From Octopus bimaculoides (Eukaryota), in the NCBI RefSeq assembly GCF_001194135.2, contig NC_068986.1, positions 27,279,411 to 27,337,405 of the forward strand: a DNA stretch of 57,995 nucleotides, given 5' to 3'. Position 1 is the stretch's first letter. Each line of letters starts with the position of its first letter. The position numbers were made by a program, and so were the translations under genes. The notes under the pieces are model-generated. The model did no database searches. It was not told the DNA's origin and saw nothing but the letters and a program-made list of their open reading frames with translations. This document shows, piece by piece, positions 26,838-39,463 of this stretch.

Positions 26838-28189
26838 ACTACCTCTGCCTTCACTAAGGAGGAGGTATTGTTTTTAGTCATGTTTGTTTGTTTGTCCGTG
26901 AACAAGATATCTCAAGAATCGCTGTATGGATTCAGATGAAACCTTCAGGGATGTTTGGCCTCATAACTGACAGAAACTGATTAGATTTTGGGATCGATTC
27001 GGTACCAGACAAGCATTTTGGATTATTTGTTATATTTACTTTACTTTACATATTTACTTTACGTCCCCGTAACTTCGCGGTTCGGCAAAAGAGACCGATG
27101 GAATAAGAACTAGGCTTACAAAGAATAAATCCTGGGGTCGATTTGCTCGACTAAAGGCGGTGCTCCAGCATGGACGCAGTCAAATTACTGAAACAAGTAA
27201 AAGAGTAAAAGAGTATTATTAGGGTGATGGATTCTTTAGTATGTCGGACTATCGGACTAACAATACCAACTACCTTGTAACATTTCTTCTGGTTCTTTAT
27301 ATTCTGAGTACAAATCCCACTGAAGTTGACTTTGCCTTTCATCCCTCTCTGGGGTCCAGTAAGTAAAGTACCCGTCAAGTACTATGGCTCATTTAATGGA
27401 CTAATTGCTTTGAGCATGTATTAAAAACAAGAATTATCATTGTTATTTACATACCTTCATCTGTGACCTGCACTAGAAAATATTTCTCAATAATCAATGT
27501 GCGTGAGTGTGTATATAATGTGGTGGATGGTTCCCTTGTATATGTGCTGAGGTGAATTAGTAATCTTTAGCATTTACATAGTTATTGAATAAATAGATCC
27601 CTTCTTCCATACCCATTAGGCTAATGTGTGCACACACACATGCGCGCTTGCACACATACATACATGCGTGCATGCTTGCACACATGCATATTGAAATTAT
27701 GCAAATTTTATAAACATAACAATTTCTTTTCATGCTTTCTTTACTCTCTGTATGTTTATGACCCTGCTGTTTTTTCTTCTTCTTAAATCATGTTGTGTGT
27801 ATTGCATACCATCGACAAGCTAGTTTTGAATCCTTCCAGTTATCAATCTGATCAGCTAAACTGAAGGCCAGCTGCAAAATTGAAAGAGATTATTATGTAT
27901 GATGTAGTTAGTTAGTTCTAGTATAAAACCTTCACCTCAATCTACTTGCCCAGGGATGGTGGACCAGGACCAGTAAAAAAGAGGAAAGAAATAAGTCTTT
28001 CTTATATGAGTGGACCTTGTAACATTCCCTAACAGCGCCTCTTAACACTTTTCTGTCACCTCCACCACAACTTGACCACAACTACAATAGTCAATTGCTT
28101 GTTGGTGAGTCCCTTGTAGTTTGAGAAAGAGTGTTCTGCAATCTCTTGCTGAACAACCTGCGCAAATGATTCATTTATAGTGATAAAAT

Positions 28190-28400
28190 ATATATGCTGA
28201 TCAAATATATGTGCTTACTCTCTCCAACAAACTGATGTTGCCCGAGCAAGTGCACAGTGTACCACATGTGAGGTACTGAAGTGATCACAGAGCAATGTCA
28301 GATGAAGGGTTTTGCTCAAGAACACAATGCACCACCTGATCCAGAGATTGAAACCATGATTGTGAGATTGCGAGTGCAACAGCCCTAACCACTAGGCCAT
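28190..28400 (-). mobile_element. tRNA-headed SINE family C fragment
   Basis: Reverse complement gives gcatggcctagtggttagggctgttgcactc...ggtttcaatctc (A/B-box-like); related copies at 53400-53630 and 55640-55860. Confidence 0.7.
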
Positions 28401-28565
28401 GCACTCTCACACAACAATCAGTGATGTACCATCATCACCACTACTGCCTCCTCTGCCATCACCACTGCCTCCCATGCATTCGTCAGAATCTACATTGACA
28501 TCATCACCTTCAACACCAATTATGTGGTTGGGAAGCAAGCTTCTTACCACAAAGCCACTCATGCG

Positions 28566-28614
<49 letters not shown>

Positions 28615-30165
28615 TGTGTGTACCTGTCCTCCATCTCTAGCTTTCACTTTATCTAACTATCTATCTATCATTCTCTCATTCTATGCTAGTCCTTTTCTTC
28701 CATTCTTCCTCTCCTCTTCTCCTTTCTGTTTCATCCTTGTTCCTTTCACTATTCAAACCTTTATTTTATCTTTTCTCTCATCCTTCTCTTCTCTCCATAT
28801 ATACATACATCTTTTGTCTCTTATTCTGTACTTTCTCCTGCTTTCTTTTCATTGTCTATCTTCTCTTTCAATTTTACATCTTTCTCGTCTTTTTCTTTCT
28901 CTCTTCTTCTTCTTTTTAGCCTTTTCCTTCTTCTTTTCTCCTTGTTATACTTTTTATTTTTGCATCTTTGTTCTTTTTTTCTTATTTTGCTTTGTTTCTC
29001 ACTGTCATTTTCTTTTTTTATTTTTTATTCTTTCCTCCTCTTTTCCGCTCTCTTCTTCCTAATCTTTTTCTACTTCCTCTCCAGGCTTCTTCACCCCCCT
29101 CCCACCTTTTCTGCTTTTCTCTTTCTTCCTCTATCTCTTCCTCCTTTGTCCTTCATTTCCCTGATCTCCTTCCCCCCCCCCACCCACTCTTCCANNNNNN
29201 NNNNNNNNNNNNNNNNNNNNNNNNNNNNNNNNNNNNNNNNNNNNNNNNNNNNNNNNNNNNNNNNNNNNNNNNNNNNNNNNNNNNNNNNNNNNNNNNNNNN
29301 NNNNNNNNNNNNNNNNNNNNNNNNNNNNNNNNNNNNNNNNNNNNNNNNNNNNNNNNNNNNNNNNNNNNNNNNNNNNNNNNNNNNNNNNNNNNNNNNNNNN
29401 NNNNNNNNNNNNNNNNNNNNNNNNNNNNNNNNNNNNNNNNNNNNNNNNNNNNNNNNNNNNNNNNNNNNNNNNNNNNNNNNNNNNNNNNNNNNNNNNNNNN
29501 NNNNNNNNNNNNNNNNNNNNNNNNNNNNNNNNNNNNNNNNNNNNNNNNNNNNNNNNNNNNNNNNNNNNNNNNNNNNNNNNNNNNNNNNNNNNNNNNNNNN
29601 NNNNNNNNNNNNNNNNNNNNNNNNNNNNNNNNNNNNNNNNNNNNNNNNNNNNNNNNNNNNNNNNNNNNNNNNNNNNNNNNNNNNNNNNNNNNNNNNNNNN
29701 NNNNNNNNNNNNNNNNNNNNNNNNNNNNNNNNNNNNNNNNNNNNNNNNNNNNNNNNNNNNNNNNNNNNNNNNNNNNNNNNNNNNNNNNNNNNNNNNNNNN
29801 NNNNNNNNNNNNNNNNNNNNNNNNNNNNNNNNNNNNNNNNNNNNNNNNNNNNNNNNNNNNNNNNNNNNNNNNNNNNNNNNNNNNNNNNNNNNNNNNNNNN
29901 NNNNNNNNNNNNNNNNNNNNNNNNNNNNNNNNNNNNNNNNNNNNNNNNNNNNNNNNNNNNNNNNNNNNNNNNNNNNNNNNNNNNNNNNNNNNNNNNNNNN
30001 NNNNNNNNNNNNNNNNNNNNNNNNNNNNNNNNNNNNNNNNNNNNNNNNNNNNNNNNNNNNNNNNNNNNNNNNNNNNNNNNNNNNNNNNNNNNNNNNNNNN
30101 NNNNNNNNNNNNNNNNNNNNNNNNNNNNNNNNNNNNNNNNNNNNNNNNNNNNNNNNNNNNNNNNN

Positions 30166-30204
<39 letters not shown>

Positions 30205-30414
30205 CAACAGGAAAAAGACAAAGCTATTTCTTTGTGTGGACAATGTCATTTGGTTTGCACAGTGCAAGGGGACTGTTTGTGTAATAGCTATTGTCACCTG
30301 CCTGTCCTTGCTTTCTCAATGGCCATTAGATGATAGTTGAGACTGGATACAAACTGCAGATTTGCTCTTCTTATCATTCTCCTCAGTCAAATCATACAAC
30401 AACAACAGCTAGTT

Positions 30415-30448
<34 letters not shown>

Positions 30449-30526
30449 AAGAAGAAGAAGAAACAGCAGCAGCAGACCATTTACTTCCATTTTAGCCTTA
30501 TTCCAATTTTCAAAACTGCATATTAC

Positions 30527-30577
<51 letters not shown>

Positions 30578-31691
30578 ATGCATATATACACAAACACATA
30601 GATACTAATAGAGAGAGAGAGAGAGAGAGAGATATCAGGAATGAAAAGTACTCAACAGCAACTCAAACAGACTCAGTTCTACTCTACATAACAGTATTGA
30701 GTACCTTCTTTGCTTAATTTCATTCACACCAGTCTGAAAACACACACAAACGCGCACACACACACACACACATACACAAACACACACACAGAGTATGAAA
30801 GGGAGAGCTGCATACATGCACAATATGCTTCTTGTGTTTGCATGTACACTTGCATGATCCATATGAATGCATGTGAACATGTGCACCAGAATCATGAACA
30901 ATATATACTCTTACTGTGTTACTGAAGCATGTACACATATGCAGTGACAGATAAAGAAAAAAAAAGAAACTCTATTACTTGATGACTAATATTAATTTTT
31001 TCATTCACAAGTATGGGAGCTAACTCTAGTCTCATTTTGCTTTATTTTTAAAGGTTCGTCAGTGAAGCATAGCCTTCCTGTAACTTTAGCCTGTTTAATG
31101 TTCTAGCCATTAAACATGCTTTCATCTGCATTGCTATCAATGTTTATCCCTGATGCATTTAACAATATCACTTGAGAATATTTTTAGATGAGCATATATG
31201 TGTGTGTGCATGTGTAAACGTTAAAATACATCGTATATATGTATGTGTATATATGTGTGGGTGTATGTATATATATGTGTGTGTGTGTGCGTGAATTGCA
31301 TTTGTATACACAGCTATGCTTCTACATGCATGTTCTTTCGCTCATTTCAATTTTAAATCAATTTGAAGTCTTGTAGAGAAAAAGAAAAAGAAAAACAAGC
31401 ATGTTTATGGGCCATCATACATGTCTGCATGTTAAGCACACACACNNNNNNNNNNNNNNNNNNNNNNNNNNNNNNNNNNNNNNNNNNNNNNNNNNNNNNN
31501 NNNNNNNNNNNNNNNNNNNNNNNNNNNNNNNNNNNNNNNNNNNNNNNNNNNNNNNNNNNNNNNNNNNNNNNNNNNNNNNNNNNNNNNNNNNNNNNNNNNN
31601 NNNNNNNNNNNNNNNNNNNNNNNNNNNNNNNNNNNNNNNNNNNNNNNNNNNNNNNNNNNNNNNNNNNNNNNNNNNNNNNNNNNNNNNNNNN

Positions 31692-31730
<39 letters not shown>

Positions 31731-33141
31731 ATATGCAGTAATCACTTCATTAATATTGATAATTATTTTCTGTTTGATGCTTGTTTGTTCTCAGCCATAT
31801 GTAAGCAGTTCCTTTTTCCCTTCTATCTTTTTTTCCCATTTATTTTTGTTGTTCTGTTCACACATCTCCTAACAATGTCATTAGATGGTATCATTCATTT
31901 TGGTTTTCTTTCTTTTCTTTTTCATAGATTCCAGTTTATTTTTTTCTTTGCCCTTCTTAATACTTTAATGGGTGACAATATGAAGTTGTGTATGCACACA
32001 CACACACACAGCTATGTAGATGTGTATGTGTGTGTGTGTGTGCATATATATATATATATAGATATATAGATATAGATATATACACACACATATTCACACA
32101 CATACATATAGATATATGTAATACATATATATAGACACATACATCTATCACTTGAAATAATGTATATTTATGTGTATCAGCATGTGTGCACACATATATA
32201 TATTATTGCAGCCATTAAAAAAAAATGGCTCCCCACTCTAATTAAACTAATTTACAGAAGCAACTGAAGTAAAAAAAGAAATGCTTGATGAATAAATAAT
32301 TTAAAAGTAGAAATAAGTGCAGTTACTGTCACCAAGAGTCTGTATCCTCCCCCTCCCTTTCATTCCTCTTGCATCACATTTTCCTGATTACATCTGTTCT
32401 GCATGTTTGTCTTACTGCTATAAATTCCTTAAAGTGTTGTTATTTTGTGGAGGGGGATTCTTTTTTTTTAAAGATGTATTGCAGTTGCTTAGAGGTGAAG
32501 ATTTTAGATCATGTAAGTCATTATTTCAAAACCACACCATTGTCAATAATTTTCAATCAGGATTGCATTCTATTTAGGTTTGCAGAGATAACATACAATA
32601 GCCTCTGTTCTGGGGAAAAATATCTGAAGCCAGACAGAACTTCCAACTAGTATACTCTGCGCTAAGAACAATGTCCAGTGCTACATATTAAATACCAGTT
32701 ATATCTTAGTGCCACAGATTAAAATAAGATGTAAATGAGAGGAGATGAGAATCTCAACAGTGTACTTATGTTTTCCTTTAATTATTTCTTTTACTTGACA
32801 TTGTTGTAGTGTGTTTGGAATTGCTTGTCGTCTTTGAGGTATTAAATAGTGTTGATTTGAAAAATTCTTTAGCAATGGACCAAAAGTCAATTCATTGCTG
32901 GTTTGATTTAAGGCAAGAGTTGATCTCGGGCCCCATGAATAAGTGAAATATGTTGATGGTGTTTATAGCGCTAAATATCAACTATTTTTTGTAATCTTTC
33001 TTGAGGTTAGTGTAATGGTTTTGTTTTCTAGCCATTGGTTATTTTCAGTTGTTGTCCAGTTGGTCACTGTCTTGGCTGAAGTTTTAATGGGTACAAGAAA
33101 AAGAAACATATACTAGCTGAATTTCAAACGGAAAGTACAGT

Positions 33142-33633
33142 TTAACCCTTTTGATGCTGACCTGCCTGACACTAACCCTTGGTTCTATGATACAAATCTG
33201 TTTATCAAAACTTTCCATCAAAATTTCTTATTGATTTCCTAACGCCCGCTCCAGGCGATGACTACTGACCGAGACCTTTGGAAATGTGCTGTGCATGAGA
33301 AGACCTGGCAAGCCAAGTGAGATCGTTGCCAGTGCCCCTGGACTGGCTCTTGTGCGGGTGGCACATAAAATACACCATTTTGAACGTGGCCGTTGCCAGT
33401 ACCGCCTGACTGGCCCTCATGCGGGTGACACGTAAAAGCACCCACTACACTCTCGGAGTGGTTGGCGTTAGGAAGGGCATCCAGCTGTAGAAACTCTGCC
33501 AAATTAGATTGGAGCCTGGTGTTGCCATCCGGTTTCACCAGTCCTCAGTCAAATCGTCCAACCCATGCTAGCATGGAAAGCGGACGTTAAACGATGATGA
33601 TGATGATGATGATGATGGTAACAAAAGTATTAA
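33142..33633. mobile_element. TTAA-flanked MITE interrupted by an RTE insertion
   Basis: Left end TTAAcccttttgatg (33142); right end ggtaacaaaagtaTTAA (33633). The segments match the MITE at 39229-39463, with the RTE fragment between them. Confidence 0.65.
33241..33616 (+). mobile_element. 5'-truncated RTE-clade LINE 3' end (ORF C-terminus + 3' UTR + (GAT)n tail)
   Basis: 33258-33320 encodes MTTDRDLWKCAVHEKTWQAK*, matching the DR..W C-terminal motif typical of RTE ORFs. CpG-rich 3' UTR and short tandem-repeat tail. Confidence 0.8.
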
Positions 33634-34919
33634 GCACATGGTTAATTATAAGGAAACTCTGTAGATGAATAATGGAGCCAGATGTTATTTAATGATATTG
33701 GAGAATGATTAAATGGTGAAACAATTAGAGTCCTTGTTTGTCAAGTACAGGAAATAAGGTTAAGAAACCGGTTGTCTTTGTATATTTTTGTTCTTAATCT
33801 TAAGATTTATCAAATGGGAGAATTTGAGGGATATTTATCGTGTCTCACAATTTTCTGAACGTTGTGTTTTGTGAGCTTCAAATAAAGTACCAGCAAATGA
33901 TGGACATTATTACCAAATATGATATGTTAAGAGCATATTTATAAATCAAATTGCTATACATTAATTACAGTAATAAGATTATCCAGCATGTTGAAGATGC
34001 AAGTTCTCAACAAATAGGTTCTATGATCCTGTTTGCTGATGTTGCAAAAATCTTCAACAATAGCACCTTCCAGTAAATATACCAACTTCAGGCAAACATA
34101 TTCCTTTCATTGTTTTTGCCTATAGGACTTATTTAAAATAATTAAGTTAGAGTTGATTTAAATTAATTAAACCTCAAGGTAGAATACTTGTTGTGATTGC
34201 TATGAAAAGAAAGATAATAAATCCTTGATGTTTTAAAATGACATTGAATAAAAATGTTTTGTTTCATTGTCTTTATTTCTTTCTATTATATATTTTCACT
34301 TTCATTTAAATATATCATATTGAAGAGGCTTGTGTCAGTTGTTGGTATTAAAATAATGGATAATGCTTTCTTGTCTAATGGAATAACCATAAGGAACTTT
34401 GTTGTTAATATTTTATTTATCCACGTTGAATTGAAAGCATGTTTTATCTTCTGTTTTCTCTCATTATGTAGATGATACAAATCCCAAGTTGTGCTTTTAT
34501 GAACAACTTTGATATTAAACTCTAGTGGATTAAGTAGATTCATTGTGTTTTCAAAGTAATGTTCAGAAAGTATAATATATTAGATCTGACATTAATTTTG
34601 TTTATTTGCATAGATCGTATGATATAAAATTGCCCACTTTGACAATTATCCCATCTGTTAGTGTGCTTTATAGTTGCGTGGATATGGAACTATAGATTTT
34701 TAAAGAGGAAAATTTAATCAGCCTTTTAAGTGTTTGTAATTTCCAGTTGCATAAGGAAAAGGTTGAATGAACCTTAAAATGGTATGTAGTATCTAGTTGT
34801 GTGTGATGAAGTTGATAGATAATCTCAAATGGTTATGTAGACATGATTTGAAATAATTTTCAGAGACTGAAAAGGTACTGGTCACAGGCTGAATATTTGA
34901 TGTAGTAATATATATGCAT

Positions 34920-35156
34920 TATAGGGCGACGAGCTGGCAGAATCGTTAGCACACCGGGTGAAATGCTTAGTGGTATTTTGTCTGCCGTTACATTCTGAGT
35001 TCAAATTTTGCCAAGGTTGACTTTGCCTTTCATCCTTTTGGGGTCGATTAAGTAAGTGCCAGTTATGCACTGGGGTCGATTTAATTGACTTAATCCCTTT
35101 TTCTGTCCTTGTTTGTCCCCTCTACATTTAGCCCCCCTGTGGGCAACAAAGAAATA
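34920..35156 (+). mobile_element. Full-length SINE family B with 13-bp TSD
   Basis: TSD aatatatatgcat at 34907-34919 and 35157-35169; closely similar to 56724-56963. Degenerate copies at ~805-975, 19612-19820, 21880-22010(-), 24145-24345, 25230-25410, 27215-27385, 36015-36230, 43160-43310(-). Confidence 0.9.
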
Positions 35157-36381
35157 AATATATATGCATAATGACATTTCAATAAAATTTACACATAGAA
35201 AAACTACAATTGGCTGGTCTAAGACAGAAAAAGGTGAGCAGAATAGTTGAACCATATATCTGTAGTTTGAAGGCAATCATGCATACCAGTTACACCAAAG
35301 CATCTTTGAATGAATTAATCTCTCAAATTGACCACCACAAGCAATTTTCTGGGTGAGCTGTCTTACTTCATATCACATGAAGATAAAAGGCAACTGCATA
35401 TCCACTTAACCACTAGAAGACAGGTTCTCCTGACTACTGAGTAACACAGACTAGTATCACAACTAAATTTCACAATGAAGGGCATTTTCCATTGCATGTG
35501 AAATCTGGGATCTAAGTGATGGAAATGGTGAGTTAGACTATGGGTGTTAGAGTTTGAAAAACTGAAAGTTAGTTTATTGTGATGTATTTAGTAAAGGTAT
35601 TTAATGAGAATGTTCACAGATGTATCAAGAGTAAGAAACTTTGGTTCCTTCTCAAAAATAATATCTTGGAAGAGAATTACTGGAATGTTCTTTTAAATAA
35701 TTGTGATTTGTTGAAACATAACTAATGGGACCATAGGACCATCATTGCAGATTATCTTCATGTAATATGCATATATGTATAGGGGTGGGGCAAGTCAGCT
35801 TGGCAGAACCCATCAAGTTTTACCTTGCAGCTGCTGTTTATAAAGGGTATACCCTGACCTCGAGGGTATATTTACAACTTGGTGGATGAGGTTGTTAAAC
35901 TGGCTTGAACCTGGGTGCAACACACTGGCAGTAACAGAATATAAACAGCTGACCTGTCAGTTGGGTGACTGCTATTTCTGCACTTAGTAAGTGTATTATA
36001 ATTCATACTTAGAAGCTGGAAAATTGGACGAATTCTTAGCATATCATAGAAAATACTTAGCATCATTTCTTCTGGCTTTTTACATTCCGTGTTCAAATTC
36101 TATTGAGGTCAACTTTGCCTTTCACCTTTTTGGATTGATAAAATAAATACTTGTTGAGCACAGGGGTTCATGAAAATGAATACACGCCCCCACCACCCTT
36201 TGTTGGCCTTTTATCAAAGTTTGGAACTAATTAATACTTAAAAGGTTAAGGGTATGGTGGATGGAACTTGTTAGTAGAACCCAGAACATTAAGTCATGCC
36301 AAATATACTCTTTTGCTTGTTTCAGGTAGTGGACAGTGTCCATGCTGGAGCACCACTTTGTAGAGTTGGACAAACTCACAC

Positions 36382-36417
<36 letters not shown>

Positions 36418-37966
36418 TGGACTCCTCACACGTTTCCATCGATCAAATTCCCTCACACGGCATTGATCAGCTAAGATTATAGTAGATGGCACTTTCCCAA
36501 AATGCTACACAGTAGGACTGAACCGAAGACTATAGGGTAGTGAAGTGAACTTCTTAACCATGCAACCATGCCATTCTATAAATATTGTACAGTTTAAAAT
36601 TTTATTACACCAAGTAGCCTTCTTTTCTGTTCCTACTTTTGTAAAGCATTTATTTACCATTTTGGTGAAAATATTTGAGCTTCCATTTTTACCTGTATCT
36701 CATTATTGCTGTCATTATTGGTTACAAGAGCAAGAAATTTATTTTATTTTATATTATTTTTTTTTTCAGGTAAATATTCGTTATTTCAATAATGACACAT
36801 TACTTTCTATTTAGTTTTTTTGTCTCTTTTTGTTTTATTAATTTTGTTTATTTATTTATTTATTTATTTATCTAAATTGTAAACTTAACCAATTTGATTT
36901 TCTTCTTGTCATCTCTTTTGCTCTAAGCTGTCTCCTATTTATTCCTCTCTAATCTTGTTACCTCCTTCAATGAATTATCCAACTTCAACATCCCCCACTG
37001 CAACAGTACTTTAGTCTGTTTCTTTACTTAACCTACCACCACCACCACCACCACCGCTGTTGCTGTTTGGAGTTTATATATCATCACCACAGTCAACATG
37101 TCATTATGTGTTTTTTTTTCTGTTTTTTTCTTCTTTTTATTATTATTTTTGAAACACTTGTTCAGAATTAGATCACTTAAGAATTAAAAGCTTTACCAAA
37201 TTTATTTTTGCTTCCAAGATTTTTGTGGAAATGTGAAACTACTTTTCCCACTAAAATATGACAATTTATTTTCTACCAGTTTTTTTTTTTTCTCTCCTTT
37301 CTCTTGNNNNNNNNNNNNNNNNNNNNNNNNNNNNNNNNNNNNNNNNNNNNNNNNNNNNNNNNNNNNNNNNNNNNNNNNNNNNNNNNNNNNNNNNNNNNNN
37401 NNNNNNNNNNNNNNNNNTTTTTTTTTTTTTTTTTTTTTTTTTTTTGTCAGAATCCCATCTTTCCTTCATCTTCTACCTACTGCCTTATATGTTCTTGATG
37501 TTCATGCTGATCAGGTGATTAGCATTATTAGACTTCTGCTATTCAGGAATCTTTTGTGGTACAGCTAAAGAATAGAGGTAGCTCACTAGTGTGCCAAAGT
37601 ACATTCTTGATCCATTGATCACCTGTTGCAGCATCATTTTATCATGCACACGTGTGAGAGAGAGAGAGAGAGAGAAAAAGTGATTTACTCCTCAGAAATT
37701 TCAGAATATCACGATATATTTTCCTTGCTCTCAAGAGTCAGCTTTTGTGTAAGTGTTGTTGTTGTTGCTGTTTAGAATAGGTCCCCTATATTTCTGCCTG
37801 CTAAAATAGGTGACTAAAAGGGCTGGTGTCAGGATAAGCATCTAGTTTTATAATACTTCAAAATATCCTGTGCAACTCCTATCAGTGTGGAAAAGGCATA
37901 AAAATTATCATGATAATGGTGCTGATGATGCCCATCGAAAATGGATGTTAAATGATGATAATGGTG

Positions 37967-38003
<37 letters not shown>

Positions 38004-38081
38004 GGTAATGGTGGTGGTGTTGGTGATGGTTGACTTATAGAATATATAAATTACATCCTTATAATTTTTCCCTAACCTGAG

Positions 38082-38284
38082 CCCTATTGTTGTATTTCTC
38101 TAGAAATACACATCACTTTTGAACAGAATGAAAAATTTAATAAAATAACTTTGCTATTATTTAGATGGTGTTTGAAACATACAACACTGTGAATTTTTCA
38201 TGGAAGGTTTCAATTTAGATCACTTTCACCAAAAAGTTTGTAGCATAGAACTGAGGTTAGTCGGTTGGTATGAAAAGATTTTAA
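38082..38284. mobile_element. Degenerate TTAA-type MITE
   Basis: Similar to the reverse complement of 39233-39459; ends tatgaaaagattTTAA. Confidence 0.6.
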
Positions 38285-39228
38285 CCAGTCTTATTTCCTG
38301 CCTTTTTTTCTTTTTATCACTTTCTTTTCACATTCCGCTTTTTCTTTCATTTCCATCTTTTTTTGCCCCTTTTTTTTTACTTTTACTTCTTGTTTACAAT
38401 CTATGAATGAAAATTTGCTTTGACTGCATCAAAACCATTATGAATGGGGGAAACAAATTGCCAATTGTTCTTTTTTTTTTTTCCCCATTGTACCATTCAG
38501 AAAGGCATGAAAGTTACTAAGTCATGTTTATTTTCCTTTAAAACGAAAGACAGCCATGTCTTGTTAGAATATGCACTGGTGGTTAATGTGCAATCTGAAT
38601 TTAAGAGGAGTACATAAGTGAGTTGATCAAGAACTGCATACTGGCTTAAGAATAATTTTACTGTGAGATAAAAGCATTAGCAATGGATTATATCTGAAAG
38701 CATGTGTTACGAGAAAGACTTAGGAAGGAAGTAGATATAGCATATTGAAATGAAGTTGGGCTTCTTAGATGAAATGTCAAAAGATATTCATATATGGATG
38801 AGAATAGTGATAATTCTCTAAATTTAGTCAATGGTAAATAAATAAAATAGAATTTAGATTGTTGATGATGATAATGACAAAGCTTACTAGCAATGGAAAT
38901 AGTATTGTGGATATAAGTTTTGCTTTTTATGAACTTTCATTACATTTTTTGCAACAATTCTTTCATCACTTCAGGAATGAGATTTCCTTTATTTAAAAAA
39001 CACTAACCACATGTTATACTGTTTTACAATATAATATTCCACTCTTTCGCAATATAATCAAGAGTCCATTATAAATTTAACTTACATTGACCAACTAGTA
39101 TATTTAATATATAAAAACCTATGCCTTTCTTAGAATGTATCATAGAGTTTACTTTTTTTTAAAGTGAATTAGTCTCTTTGTCTTCTCAGTGACCAGACAA
39201 AGCACTATTTCCTGTCTAGGTGCTGTTA

Positions 39229-39463
39229 TTAACCCTTTAGGTATCAATCTACTGGACTCTGCTCCTGGTTCTTGGATACAAACTTCCCAGTTTAAAGTGT
39301 TCTAAATTAAAACCTTCCATCTAAATTTCATATTAGTGTTATATTCCAAACAAACACTAGCTTAATAACGACAAAGTTGTTTTACCAAATTCTTCATTAT
39401 TTTCGTAATTAATTGAAATATAGGCAGTGTATTTCAACAAAAATATGGTAATGGAAGGGTTAA
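39229..39463. mobile_element. piggyBac-like MITE (TTAA TSD, CCCTT...AAGGG ends)
   Basis: TTAA at 39229-39232 and 39460-39463 flank a 227-bp body starting CCCTTT and ending AAGGG. Confidence 0.8.

Noticed and set aside
26477-26939. Poly-I/L/Y/N ORFs, and the many CV/HT/SL/ER/IY-repeat ORFs elsewhere
   Set aside because: Translations of microsatellites.
38690-38840. Faint RTE-like translation (LRERLRKEVDI...MDENS)
   Set aside because: Too degraded to call without a profile search.
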